DNA of 64,000 bases. Origin: Clostridia bacterium (lineage in GTDB: Bacteria > Bacillota > Clostridia > Christensenellales > UMGS416). The notes under the pieces were generated by a model, which did not search any database, had not been told where the DNA came from, and worked only from the letters and a program-made list of their open reading frames with translations. The number at the start of each line of letters is the position of its first letter. Positions within the stretch are counted from its first letter, which is position 1. The DNA is taken from the NCBI GenBank assembly GCA_016938675.1, contig JAFGUF010000001.1:134249-198248 (forward strand), written 5' to 3'. This document shows, piece by piece, positions 16,981 through 27,213 of this stretch. The position numbers and the translations under genes are program-made.

Positions 16981-19596
16981 ATGGAAAAAACGTATAACAG
17001 CAAAGAATGCGAACAGCGCATATATAAAAACTGGGTTGAAAAAGGCTACTTCCACGAAGAGCCTGATAAATCCAGAGAACCATTTTGCATTGTGATACCA
17101 CCGCCCAATATAACGGGCCAGCTTCACATGGGCCATGCGCTTGACAACACGATGCAGGATATTTTAATTAGATTTAAAAGAATGCAGGGATTTTGCACAC
17201 TGTGGCTACCCGGAACAGACCACGCATCCATAGCAACAGAAGTTAAGATACTTGAGCAACTCGCAAAAGAAGGAATTACTAAGGATGACTTAACGCGCGA
17301 AGAATTCCTTGATAAGGCATGGGAATGGTATAAACTCTACGGCGGCAGAATCGTTGAGCAGCTCAAAAGGCTTGGCTCATCCTGCGACTGGCAGAGGGAG
17401 CGATTCACAATGGACGAAGGCTGCTCAAAGGCTGTACGTGAAGTGTTCGTAAAGCTTTATGATAAGGGCCTTATCTATCAGGGGGACAGGATAATCAACT
17501 GGTGCCCGGACTGCAGGACAGCTCTATCTGACGCAGAAGTAGAATATGAGGAAAAAGCATCGCACCTTTGGCATTTGGAGTACCCTCTGACTGACGGAAG
17601 CGGATACATCGTAGTTGCCACCACACGGCCCGAAACAATGCTTGGCGATACAGCCGTTGCGGTTAATCCAGAAGATGACAGGTATAAAGGGATGGTTGGC
17701 AAGACTGTAATGCTGCCATTGATGGACAGAGAGATACCTATTATCGCAGACAGCTACGTAGAGATGGAGTTTGGTACGGGAGCAGTAAAGATAACTCCGG
17801 CACATGACCCTAATGATTATCTGATGGCCGAACGCCACGATATTGCTACGATTAACATAATGAACGAAGACGGAACATTAAACAGCAATGCCGGCAAGTA
17901 CGCAAAGCTGCCTGCCGCAGAGGCTAGGCGAAAGATCGTTGAGGATCTCAAGGCGATAGACAAGTTGGTAAAAACCGAGGACTACACGCACAAAGTAGGC
18001 ACTTGCTACAGATGCTCAACTACAGTTGAACCGCTTATTTCAAAGCAGTGGTTTGTTAATATGCAGCCTCTTGCCGAACCTGCGATAAAGGCGGTAGAAG
18101 ACAGTGATGTAGAATTTGTTCCTGAAAGATTCAGCAAAATATATTTTAACTGGATGAATAACATAAAGGACTGGTGCATTTCTCGTCAGCTATGGTGGGG
18201 GCACAGGATACCCGTATGGTACTGCAACGACTGCGGGCACATAATGGTAAAAAAAGATGATCCAAGCACCTGCGATAAATGCTCAAGCAAAAACATCAGG
18301 CAGGATGAAGATGTTCTGGACACATGGTTTTCATCAGCATTGTGGCCCTTTTCAACACTGGGCTGGCCGGAAGATACTGCAGAGCTTGAATATTTCTACC
18401 CCACAAATGTTCTTGTAACAGGATATGATATCATTTTCTTCTGGGTAGCTAGAATGATATTTTCAGGCCTTGAGCATATGGGTGAAAAACCATTCAGCCA
18501 CGTTCTAATTCACGGACTTGTACGTGACGCACAGGGCAGGAAGATGAGTAAATCGTTGGGCAACGGTATTGATCCCATTGACGTAATCGAAGAATTCGGC
18601 GCAGACGCTCTTCGCTTTTCAGTAACATCAAACAGCGCACCCGGCAACGATATGAGATTCAACGAATCAAAAATTGAGGCAGCACGCAACTTTGCGAATA
18701 AGATATGGAACGCCGCAAGATTTGTTCATATGAATATTGATGGTCAAAAACCAGAAAAAATAAATATCGCCGAAACAGACGCCGCAGACAAATGGATACT
18801 TTCTCAGCTTAACGGCGTAATAAAGGAAGCTACTCGCAATTTAGAGACATTCGAATTGGGCTTGGCTTTGCAGAAGGTATATGATTTCATATGGTCTGAG
18901 TTCTGTGACTGGTATATTGAGCTGAGCAAGGCAAAGCTTTATGAAGGAACAGAAAGCCAGAAGAAAAATACGACAGCCGTTTTGTATCATGTTCTCATAG
19001 AGTCGCTAAAGCTGCTGCATCCATTCATGCCTTTTGTTACAGAAGAGATTTATCAAAACCTTGAAGGCAGCGATCAATCAATTATGATAGATAAGTGGCC
19101 TCTATATGATGATAAAATGGACTTTGAAGAGGCAGCAAAAATGGAGCTCGTCAAAGACATTATACATAAAATCCGTAATATCCGTGCGCAGATGGATGTA
19201 CCCGCAAACAGAAGGACGACAATTTACATAAGCCCAAAAGAAGGCGTTGACCTAACAGACAGCACGGATTACATAAGGAGGCTCGCATCAGGAGAAAAGG
19301 TTGAACTGCTCCAAAAGGACTCTGAGGATTCTTCAATGGTCAGCATAGTATCAGATGCAGGCAATATATATCTGCCGCTAAATGAGCTGATAGATTTCGA
19401 GAAGGAAAAGGCCAGGGTACAAGGGGAGATTGAGCTGACCAAAAGCGAGATAGCGAGAGCTGAAGGAATGCTTAAAAATGAAAAATTTGTAGCTAAGGCC
19501 CCTGAAAATGTTGTACAGAAAGAAAGGGACAATCTTGCAAATAATCGGGAAAAACTGACACAGCTTGAATCTTCGCTTGAAAAGCTTGAAAACTAA
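16981..19596 (+). CDS. valS: Valine--tRNA ligase
   Basis: 871 aa. HIGH ([14 protein letters not shown]) and KMSKS motifs, plus a C-terminal coiled coil. Confidence 0.97.
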   Translation: MEKTYNSKECEQRIYKNWVEKGYFHEEPDKSREPFCIVIPPPNITGQLHMGHALDNTMQDILIRFKRMQGFCTLWLPGTDHASIATEVKILEQLAKEGITKDDLTREEFLDKAWEWYKLYGGRIVEQLKRLGSSCDWQRERFTMDEGCSKAVREVFVKLYDKGLIYQGDRIINWCPDCRTALSDAEVEYEEKASHLWHLEYPLTDGSGYIVVATTRPETMLGDTAVAVNPEDDRYKGMVGKTVMLPLMDREIPIIADSYVEMEFGTGAVKITPAHDPNDYLMAERHDIATINIMNEDGTLNSNAGKYAKLPAAEARRKIVEDLKAIDKLVKTEDYTHKVGTCYRCSTTVEPLISKQWFVNMQPLAEPAIKAVEDSDVEFVPERFSKIYFNWMNNIKDWCISRQLWWGHRIPVWYCNDCGHIMVKKDDPSTCDKCSSKNIRQDEDVLDTWFSSALWPFSTLGWPEDTAELEYFYPTNVLVTGYDIIFFWVARMIFSGLEHMGEKPFSHVLIHGLVRDAQGRKMSKSLGNGIDPIDVIEEFGADALRFSVTSNSAPGNDMRFNESKIEAARNFANKIWNAARFVHMNIDGQKPEKINIAETDAADKWILSQLNGVIKEATRNLETFELGLALQKVYDFIWSEFCDWYIELSKAKLYEGTESQKKNTTAVLYHVLIESLKLLHPFMPFVTEEIYQNLEGSDQSIMIDKWPLYDDKMDFEEAAKMELVKDIIHKIRNIRAQMDVPANRRTTIYISPKEGVDLTDSTDYIRRLASGEKVELLQKDSEDSSMVSIVSDAGNIYLPLNELIDFEKEKARVQGEIELTKSEIARAEGMLKNEKFVAKAPENVVQKERDNLANNREKLTQLESSLEKLEN

Positions 19597-19598
19597 TT

Positions 19599-20888
19599 AT
19601 GAATTTTAAAGAAAGTGTACAGTACGTTGAGTCAGCTAATAGAAAATCACGAGATAAAGCTGACCTTAGCGTGATAAGAGAGCTGCTAACTAGGCTTGGC
19701 AATCCGCAAAACAACTTTAAATCAATCCACATAGCAGGCACAAACGGAAAAGGCTCCGTTTGTGCCTTTGTGGAGTCCGCGCTCAGGGTGCAGGGATACA
19801 AAACCGGGCTTTTCACTTCACCTTACATTACTGTCTTTAATGAAAGAATAAGGGTGTGCGGAAAAAACATAGAGAACGAAGAGTTCGCTTTGCTTGCAAG
19901 CAAAATAAGAAATATTGCAGAAGGCATGGAAGTGGACGGATATCCTCTTGCGTCTTTTTTTGAAATGCTCACAGCTATTTCGTTTAAATACTTCAGCGAC
20001 TTGGGTGTTGAAGTCGCAGTCATTGAAACAGGAATCGGCGGCACATACGATTCAACAAACGTAATAAACCCAATTCTTAGTATTATAACGTCTATAGGCT
20101 ATGACCATATGAATATACTTGGCAATACGATAGAGGAGATTGCAGAAAACAAAGCAGGCATCATTAAGCTTAATTGCCCTGTAGTTATTTCTCATCAGGC
20201 ATATGATGAGGCTTATGCTGTTTTCCTCAATAAAGCTATGCAGCTTAATGCACCGCTTTTTGCTCTAGAAAAGAGTCAAATACTCATCGACTTCGTTGGG
20301 CTGGATGGCGCACAGTTTAATTTTACATATGATGGTTTAAAAGCCGATATTAAAACTACACTGATAGGCATTCATCAGGTGTACAATGCTTCCTGCGCTT
20401 TTCTGTCATTATGTGTACTATCACAGTACAGTGACATCAAAATGTCACCTAAAAGCATTTTGAAGGGTATTGAGGAGGCTCAGTGGCCGGGCAGGATGGA
20501 AATTCTAAGAAATTCACCGCTTGTAATAGTAGATGGTGCACACAATGAGCAGGCTGCGGGATATCTTGTTAATTCAATCAAGAATTTTATACCTTCAGGA
20601 AAAATTAATGTAATTTTCGGTACAATGAAGAGAAAAAATTATTTAGCCATGGCAAAAAAGCTAAAGGAAATTGCTGAATGCATCTACACAGTATCCATTA
20701 ACGATGATAACTCTATGGACGGCAAAGAACTCTTAGAAGAACTTAAAGAGCTTAATTTGAATGCGGAATCTTTAGGTAGTTTTGTTGAAACTTATGAATT
20801 TCTTGTCGAAAAAGGAGAAAAACCTATTCTGATTTGCGGATCTTTATATCTGGCGGGAGAGGCGAGAAGGCATATCCTTTTGAAGTAA
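19599..20888 (+). CDS. folC: Bifunctional folylpolyglutamate synthase / dihydrofolate synthase
   Basis: 429 aa. Mur-ligase P-loop HIAGTNGKGS. The valS-folC order is conserved. Confidence 0.92.
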   Translation: MNFKESVQYVESANRKSRDKADLSVIRELLTRLGNPQNNFKSIHIAGTNGKGSVCAFVESALRVQGYKTGLFTSPYITVFNERIRVCGKNIENEEFALLASKIRNIAEGMEVDGYPLASFFEMLTAISFKYFSDLGVEVAVIETGIGGTYDSTNVINPILSIITSIGYDHMNILGNTIEEIAENKAGIIKLNCPVVISHQAYDEAYAVFLNKAMQLNAPLFALEKSQILIDFVGLDGAQFNFTYDGLKADIKTTLIGIHQVYNASCAFLSLCVLSQYSDIKMSPKSILKGIEEAQWPGRMEILRNSPLVIVDGAHNEQAAGYLVNSIKNFIPSGKINVIFGTMKRKNYLAMAKKLKEIAECIYTVSINDDNSMDGKELLEELKELNLNAESLGSFVETYEFLVEKGEKPILICGSLYLAGEARRHILLK

Positions 20889-21068
20889 TGTTATAAATAT
20901 TTAAATTTAACCTTAATTTAACATTTATTTAAACTATATTGTGCACAGTGTACAATTGAATTAACACAATATTTGTGCGCAGTAAACATAGCAATTTAGC
21001 ACAATAAACTGTATAATTAACAATGGATTGAAAATACGAAACGTTTTAATTATATTAGGAGGATAATA

Positions 21069-22184
21069 ATGGCAACAGTAACAATGAAAAGTTTGTACAA
21101 GCTGTATCCGGGTGGTGTTCAGGCAGTTAGTGATTTTTGTCTGGATATTCAGGACAAGGAATTTATCGTTTTGGTTGGTCCTTCCGGCTGCGGTAAAACA
21201 ACTACATTACGTATGGTTGCAGGACTTGAGGATATTTCTGAAGGTGAACTTTATATCGGTGATAAGCTGGTTAATGATGTAGCTCCAAAAGACAGAGACA
21301 TTGCGATGGTTTTCCAGAATTACGCTTTGTACCCTCATATGACAGTATACAATAATATGGCATTCGGCCTTCAGCTCCGTAAAACCCCTAAAGACGAAAT
21401 AGACAGGCGTGTTAAGGAAGCAGCCGGCATATTAGGCATTGACCACCTTCTTGAGCGCAAACCGAAAGCTTTGTCCGGCGGACAAAGACAGCGTGTTGCT
21501 TTAGGACGTGCTATCGTTCGTGAACCAAAAGTTTTCCTTATGGACGAGCCTCTCTCAAACCTTGATGCTAAGCTGCGCGGACAGATGAGAACAGAGATAA
21601 CTAAGCTTCACCAGAGACTGGAAACAACATTTATCTATGTTACACATGACCAGACAGAAGCTATGACAATGGGTACAAGAATCGTTGTTATGAAAGACGG
21701 ATACATTCAGCAGATTGATCCGCCGCAAAAGCTCTATGACGATCCTAACAATTTATTCGTTGCAGGATTTATCGGAACACCTCCGATGAACTTCTTCTAT
21801 GACGTTAAACTCGTAAGAGAAGGCAAGAATATGTTTGCAATTTTCAAGGATGCAAAGCTTCCAATTCCTGAGGAACGTGCAGCATCTGTAAAAGACCAGT
21901 CATATTTCGAAGGCAAATCAGTTATCATGGGAATACGCCCAGAGAACCTTTATGATAAGACAGCTGAGTTCCCACAGGCAACAGCAAAGGCTAAAGTTGA
22001 AGTTGTTGAATTAATGGGAAGCGAAACATATCTTTACCTTTCAGTTGAAGGCAGCGATACAAATACAATCGCACGTGTAGACTCAAGAAGCGTTTCAAGA
22101 GCAGGCGATCACATTGATATAGCTTTAGATATGAGATCTGTTCACTTCTTTGATTCTGATTCAGAGATTTCACTGATGAAATAA
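21069..22184 (+). CDS. Sugar ABC transporter ATP-binding protein (MsmK/UgpC/MalK family), orphan ATPase
   Basis: 371 aa. Walker A GPSGCGKTT, LSGGQRQR, Walker B FLMDEPLSNLD, and a C-terminal MalK-type regulatory domain. No permease or binding-protein gene is adjacent. Confidence 0.92.
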   Translation: MATVTMKSLYKLYPGGVQAVSDFCLDIQDKEFIVLVGPSGCGKTTTLRMVAGLEDISEGELYIGDKLVNDVAPKDRDIAMVFQNYALYPHMTVYNNMAFGLQLRKTPKDEIDRRVKEAAGILGIDHLLERKPKALSGGQRQRVALGRAIVREPKVFLMDEPLSNLDAKLRGQMRTEITKLHQRLETTFIYVTHDQTEAMTMGTRIVVMKDGYIQQIDPPQKLYDDPNNLFVAGFIGTPPMNFFYDVKLVREGKNMFAIFKDAKLPIPEERAASVKDQSYFEGKSVIMGIRPENLYDKTAEFPQATAKAKVEVVELMGSETYLYLSVEGSDTNTIARVDSRSVSRAGDHIDIALDMRSVHFFDSDSEISLMK

Positions 22185-22203
22185 TTCACACAGATTGATA
22201 CGA

Positions 22204-22236
22204 AAAGGAAGCTGATTTATGGCTTCCTTTTTTTAT
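22204..22236 (+). terminator. Intrinsic terminator after the sugar-ABC ATPase
   Basis: AAGGAAGC-N9-GCTTCCTT followed by a T-run. Confidence 0.8.
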
Positions 22237-22388
22237 GCCCATAATAAACACGAACAATTATTTAAAAATATTCAATAATATTCGAATTTTACACTTCATT
22301 AGCTTGACAGAGCATACCTTTTTTATTAAAATAAGTAGGGAATTTTTTTCCTAGTAACTGCGCATTACATGCGCGGGAAGGTAAGCTT

Positions 22389-23672
22389 ATGTCAACAGTA
22401 GTACTTGTAGGAACTCAGTGGGGTGATGAAGGCAAAGGCCGCTTTGTGGACTTTCTGGCAGAGAAGGCCAAGCTTGTTGTACGCTTTCAGGGCGGAGACA
22501 ACGCTGGACACACAGTTGAAACAGGGGGCAAAACATATAAGCTGCACCTTATACCATCAGGAATTTTTTACAAAGATAAAACCAATGTAATAGGAAGCGG
22601 TGTGGTAATAAACCCTGCAGCCTTAATCGAAGAGATGGATATGCTGAAAGCAGCAGGCATAGATTATTCAGGGCTTAGAATAAGCGCAAGAGCACAGGTG
22701 ATTATGCCGTGGCATATGGCTTTTGATAAAATATTTGAAGAGCGACTTGGGGATAGTGCGTTAGGCACTACGCACAAAGGAATTGGCCCAGCATACATGG
22801 ACAAAGCTGAACGCATAGGCATCAGAATATGCGACCTCATGGACGACAAAATAATGTATGAGAAAATTTCTTCTGTTTGTTCAAAGAAGAATGATATACT
22901 TGTTAATTTCTACAAAAGCGAGGCTTTTGATGAGAAGCAGGTTATTGCAGACTATAAGGCATATGCCGATAAAATACGTCCCTATGTTATTGATGCTGCC
23001 GACCTTATCTATTCTGAAATTGAAAATGGTGCAAACGTATTATTTGAAGGCGCACAGGGCACACTGCTTGATTTGAATATGGGCACGTACCCCTTTGTCA
23101 CATCATCACATCCAATTGCGGGCGGCGTATGCATCGGCACTGGCATCGGGCCGACTTGCATAGACATGGTGTTGGGCATAGCCAAGGCATATACCACAAG
23201 AGTAGGTGCAGGCCCGTTCGTAACAGAATTAAATGATAAAACAGGTGAAGCGATAAGGGAGAAGGGCCATGAATACGGAGCAACAACCGGAAGGCCCAGA
23301 AGATGCGGCTGGCTGGACACAGTGATTTTAAAATATTCTGCACGAGTAAACGGATTAACACATCTTGCAGTTTCCAGAATGGATACGCTCGGCGGTTTTG
23401 ATGAAGTAAAAATATGCACCGGATATAAAAAGGATGGCAAAATAACAGATGTATTCCCTGTTAAATGGGAAGACCTTGACAGCTACGAGCCAATATATGA
23501 AACTTTGCCGGGATGGAGCGATGACATATCGCACATCAGAAAATTCGAAGAACTGCCGGAGAACGCGCAGAAATACATCAAGAGAATCGAAGAGCTGGTA
23601 AAGGTTCCGGTTGTTATGCTGGGTGTTGGTGCAGCGAGAGAACAGGCAATCGTAAGAAAAGAATTATTCTAA
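22389..23672 (+). CDS. purA: Adenylosuccinate synthetase
   Basis: 427 aa. QWGDEGKGR P-loop and GIGPAY motifs. Promoter TTGACA-17-TAAAAT at about 22304-22332. Confidence 0.97.
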   Translation: MSTVVLVGTQWGDEGKGRFVDFLAEKAKLVVRFQGGDNAGHTVETGGKTYKLHLIPSGIFYKDKTNVIGSGVVINPAALIEEMDMLKAAGIDYSGLRISARAQVIMPWHMAFDKIFEERLGDSALGTTHKGIGPAYMDKAERIGIRICDLMDDKIMYEKISSVCSKKNDILVNFYKSEAFDEKQVIADYKAYADKIRPYVIDAADLIYSEIENGANVLFEGAQGTLLDLNMGTYPFVTSSHPIAGGVCIGTGIGPTCIDMVLGIAKAYTTRVGAGPFVTELNDKTGEAIREKGHEYGATTGRPRRCGWLDTVILKYSARVNGLTHLAVSRMDTLGGFDEVKICTGYKKDGKITDVFPVKWEDLDSYEPIYETLPGWSDDISHIRKFEELPENAQKYIKRIEELVKVPVVMLGVGAAREQAIVRKELF

Positions 23673-23798
23673 AATACAAAATTCAATACTTAAATGAGCA
23701 GGGCAGCAGAAATTTTTTCGCTGCCTTTTCTTATTATTATGGAAGTAAAACAGATATTATGTTATTATTTCTTTATAAAGAACAGAAGGAGAAAAAGC

Positions 23799-24653
23799 AT
23801 GATAGAATTAATGCTAAAAATTCATGAGCTTAGATCGCCGCTTCTAAATAAAATAGTTGAATATATTACAATTTCAGCAGAGGAAACTGTGCTCATTCTA
23901 TTTATGTGCATCGTGTATTGGTGCATAAGCCGAGAAAACGGATACAAGCTGATTTTATCCATAATATTCGCATCTGCATCAAGCGCCGCACTTAAGCTAA
24001 TTTTCAAGGTGGAGAGACCCTGGATTAAGGATGAAAGAATAGTGCCCATTCGCACGGAAACAGCGGGAGGATACTCCATGCCCAGCGGGCACACGCAGAC
24101 AGGGGCTTCGCTATGGTTTTCACTTCAAAGGTCATTCAGGAAAACATGGCTTACGATTATCGCATACACGATGATGCTGCTTATCGCATTTTCACGCGTA
24201 TATCTAGGCGTACATACCCCACAGGATGTCTTAGCAGGTTTGGGATTTGCTGTTGTTGGTGTGTTGATTTCGCATTTTGCGGTAAATAAAGCTTTAGAAA
24301 AAAATAGTGTTATTCCGTTCCTGATATTTGCTGCTGTAGCTACAGTTGGATTATCTTTCTTTGTAGATGAAGGGTATTACAAAATGACCGGGCTATTTAT
24401 CGCGTTGCCGCTGGCTTTTTATCTGGAAAATAAATTCGTCAGGTTTACTGCAAAAACTAAGTTTTTCAAACAAATTTTAAAGCTGATTATCGGGTTCGTA
24501 ATTGTAATGGTTTTCAAGGAAGGGCTGAAGCTTGTGATGCCTGATTTTATAATCTTTGATACGCTAAGGTATTTCTTTGTAGGCATTGCCGCGCTGTATC
24601 TTGCACCGCAGATTTTTGTGCTGCTTAAGTTGTCTGAGAAGAAAGCTGAATAA
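23799..24653 (+). CDS. PAP2 family membrane phosphatase
   Basis: PAP2 motifs KxxxxxxRP (KLIFKVERPW), PSGH (PSGHTQ) and SRxxxxxHxxxD (SRVYLGVHTPQDV). The ATG at 23799 follows GAAGGAG. The track start at 23694 is unlikely. Confidence 0.85.
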   Translation: MIELMLKIHELRSPLLNKIVEYITISAEETVLILFMCIVYWCISRENGYKLILSIIFASASSAALKLIFKVERPWIKDERIVPIRTETAGGYSMPSGHTQTGASLWFSLQRSFRKTWLTIIAYTMMLLIAFSRVYLGVHTPQDVLAGLGFAVVGVLISHFAVNKALEKNSVIPFLIFAAVATVGLSFFVDEGYYKMTGLFIALPLAFYLENKFVRFTAKTKFFKQILKLIIGFVIVMVFKEGLKLVMPDFIIFDTLRYFFVGIAALYLAPQIFVLLKLSEKKAE

Positions 24654-24663
24654 TGTATCTTTT

Positions 24664-25104
24664 ATGAAGGCTTTACATTATAGCTTAGAAGAAACTTCGA
24701 ATGAAGATGTCGACATTATTTATAAAATCAAGAAAAATTCAATTTTTGAATATGTTGAGCCGATTTGGGGATGGGACGAAGAATATCAGTTGAATGATTT
24801 TTATTCTTCATTTATACCAGATAGATTTAGAAAAATTATATCTGATAGAAGAATTATAGGATTTATTGAATTGCATGAAAATAAGCATTCAATCAATATC
24901 AGCGAAATACATATAATAACTCAATATCAGAGCAGAGGTATAGGGACAAGCATAATAAGCAATATTATTCATGAAGCATACACTAATAAGAAAAAGGTAA
25001 CTCTGGGGTGCTTTAAAAATAACCTTAAAGCCAAAAAGCTATATGAAAAGCTTGGTTTCCAAACAACAGAAGAGACAGAAACGCATTACTGCCTTGAAAA
25101 ATAA
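24664..25104 (+). CDS. GNAT family N-acetyltransferase
   Basis: About 146 aa. Acetyl-CoA-binding Q/RxxGxG/A motif (QSRGIGTS) and YEKLGF. ATG at 24664. Confidence 0.8.
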   Translation: MKALHYSLEETSNEDVDIIYKIKKNSIFEYVEPIWGWDEEYQLNDFYSSFIPDRFRKIISDRRIIGFIELHENKHSINISEIHIITQYQSRGIGTSIISNIIHEAYTNKKKVTLGCFKNNLKAKKLYEKLGFQTTEETETHYCLEK

Positions 25105-25111
25105 TTTCACT

Positions 25112-25139
25112 AAACTCTCGTTTGAGAGTTTATTTTTTA
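25112..25139 (+). terminator. Intrinsic terminator after the GNAT gene
   Basis: AAACTCTC-GTTT-GAGAGTTT followed by a T-run. Confidence 0.75.
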
Positions 25140-25292
25140 TTCAAATTTATTATTTGTGTCACAAAACAATACATTTATGAGTAGTAGAAGTGAACGGATT
25201 ATATATAATCGCTTTATAAAGCATAAAATTAAACTAATTAAAATAAAGTGGCTCTCATAATTTTTTAAATACGAGAGCCTTATTTCTGTCAT

Positions 25293-26477
25293 TTAGTAGA
25301 ACAGTGATTTAATGATATACGCTATGCTGATGCCAAGGTAAGTACCCACCGCATATCCGAAAATACCTGTTATCAAGCCGCTTAATATAACATGTCTGTT
25401 GTTCATTGCTTCCGCTACAGGCGCGATAAAGGCCGGGCCGTATACGCCTGCAGTAGATGTTATGATAGCAGTATCTGCGTCAATTTTGAAAATCTTGCAC
25501 AAAATCAAATGAAGAATGATTGCACCGAACATTACAGACGCTGTGAAGGCAAGGAAAACAGGTGAGGACTTGAAGAAAAGATCAATATCAACTGTTGCTC
25601 CAATTGCGATAGAGAAAATATAAACCGCATATTGCCCCATTGCTGCCGTGCCTTTTGTATTTCGAAGCTTTGGCCAAAAAGATAGAGCAATTGAAAATGT
25701 AGTTACAGAAAGTATAAGGACTAGCATGTTTATCTCGCCTGTAATAAGCAGTGCAAGGCCAACGGATACACCAGTAACCAGAACTGCTATTAAAAATGCA
25801 AATCCGATATGAAGCCATCCTTTTTTAAGCCCGTCCTCAAATATCGGCTCAAGTGCGGGAATATGCACATCTTCAGATGAAACCACTTTGCTTTCATCAA
25901 ATTTCGGAAGTATTTTTCTGTATAGCTTTACGACTACGCTGCCAAGGAGAATAAAATATAATCCGCCGCAGAGCATGTCGCTCATATTGACTATTCCTAT
26001 GTTGTCCTTTGTCATTTCAAGGCTTTGTCCGATTGCGTTAAGGTTTGGTGTTCCTCCTGTATAGCAGCCTGTAAGCATGCCTGCTACTTTCCAACCCTCA
26101 GGCAGCTTGTCGGCGAAAAGCATTCCCATTGTAAGGGAGATAACGAGCGCAGAAATAATCACTAAAAGAAATGACTTTATAGTATCCTTTGCCAAGTGCA
26201 GCCATTTCACAATATCTGCTGAAAACAAAATAAGCGCTATTGCAATTGGCACGCTGATGCTGTAGATGTTTTCAGACACAACTGAATTCCATCCTAAAAA
26301 CGGAATATTCGAAAGCACAATACCCGTCAGGTAGCACAAGACAATAGGGCTTAGGAATTTAATTACTTTATTTTTTTTCGCTAAAACTACAAAAACCTGT
26401 GGTAAGAAAAATATAACGGCAATTTGCAGAACGACCAATCCTACGCCAATAAAGCCGCCGGTGAATAAATCTGACAT
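25293..26477 (-). CDS. Polytopic integral membrane protein (DUF819/YjcL-like putative transporter)
   Basis: 394 aa with more than 10 predicted TM helices. Family assignment is from overall resemblance only. Confidence 0.5.
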   Translation of the reverse strand: MSDLFTGGFIGVGLVVLQIAVIFFLPQVFVVLAKKNKVIKFLSPIVLCYLTGIVLSNIPFLGWNSVVSENIYSISVPIAIALILFSADIVKWLHLAKDTIKSFLLVIISALVISLTMGMLFADKLPEGWKVAGMLTGCYTGGTPNLNAIGQSLEMTKDNIGIVNMSDMLCGGLYFILLGSVVVKLYRKILPKFDESKVVSSEDVHIPALEPIFEDGLKKGWLHIGFAFLIAVLVTGVSVGLALLITGEINMLVLILSVTTFSIALSFWPKLRNTKGTAAMGQYAVYIFSIAIGATVDIDLFFKSSPVFLAFTASVMFGAIILHLILCKIFKIDADTAIITSTAGVYGPAFIAPVAEAMNNRHVILSGLITGIFGYAVGTYLGISIAYIIKSLFY

Positions 26478-26612
26478 AAAAAATACCTTATCCTTATAAA
26501 TTATTATTAATCAGTTTATTATAGCATTAAATGAAGTATTTTCATTCTACGAACGAAATTATGTATAATATGTTACACTTTCTTTACATAAGATATTATT
26601 ATGTGTTATAAT

Positions 26613-27208
26613 TGCTCCACGGTGGTGCAGTATTCTAGTCAGCACCACTGCTTTTGAAGGCGGGGCTAAAAATCCGTCAAAGGGCAAATCGATGAAGCTT
26701 CTTGTGCTGGCTGCCGATGCCCAATCGGGGGCTTGTGCTGGGAGATAAGGAAGAAGGGCGATCCGCAACGGCATGTGGGCGATGACCCAGCTTCCATGGA
26801 GACCTGACCGAGTGGCATGAACTTTTAAAGTGTTACTTGCCGGGATTAAACCTGCAATGCGGTGATACAAAGCTGTGTGCAGTGTAGCCTGCCTTGAGTG
26901 AGAATGGTGGATTGCTGGAACACATTCTTTTCCCGAGTGGATCCGAGGGGATTGAATGATTGCCTCCTGAAACCACTTTTGCAAAAGAGGCTAGAAAGCA
27001 GTGGAACTGTCGAGGAAAGCTCCTAGACTGAAAATTAAAAGCATAGTGGGGATTATAGTGCGCACTAAGTGGTAGTCCAGCCCCGGTGTTGGCAACACAT
27101 CGGCGCGGGGTTCAAAAGGAAACTGCTTTACCGGTGACGGGAAGTACCCTTCGGGGAAAGCCAGCTGGACCAATGTCGCAAGGTTTATCCACTATGCTAC
27201 CACCTCAA
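26613..27208 (+). ncRNA. ole: OLE (ornate, large, extremophilic) RNA candidate
   Basis: About 590 nt with no plausible + strand ORF, and visibly GC-richer than the AT-rich flanks. Many hairpins, including a + strand-specific G-U pair (GGTGGTGC 26621-28 / GCACCACT 26642-49) and CCC-UUCG-GGG (27147-56). Promoter TTTACA-18-TATAAT (26583-26612). Directly upstream of oapA-dxs-tlyA-nadK-argR-recN, the published OLE context. Boundaries are approximate. Confidence 0.8.
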
Positions 27209-27213
27209 TTTAT

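Noticed and set aside
26559-27173. Minus-strand ORFs of 141 aa (26559..26984) and 60 aa (26991..27173).
   Set aside because: They lie antisense within the OLE RNA candidate and have atypical Cys/His/Trp/Arg/Pro-rich composition. They have no RBS and no recognisable domain. They are best explained as chance ORFs in a GC-enriched structured-RNA gene.
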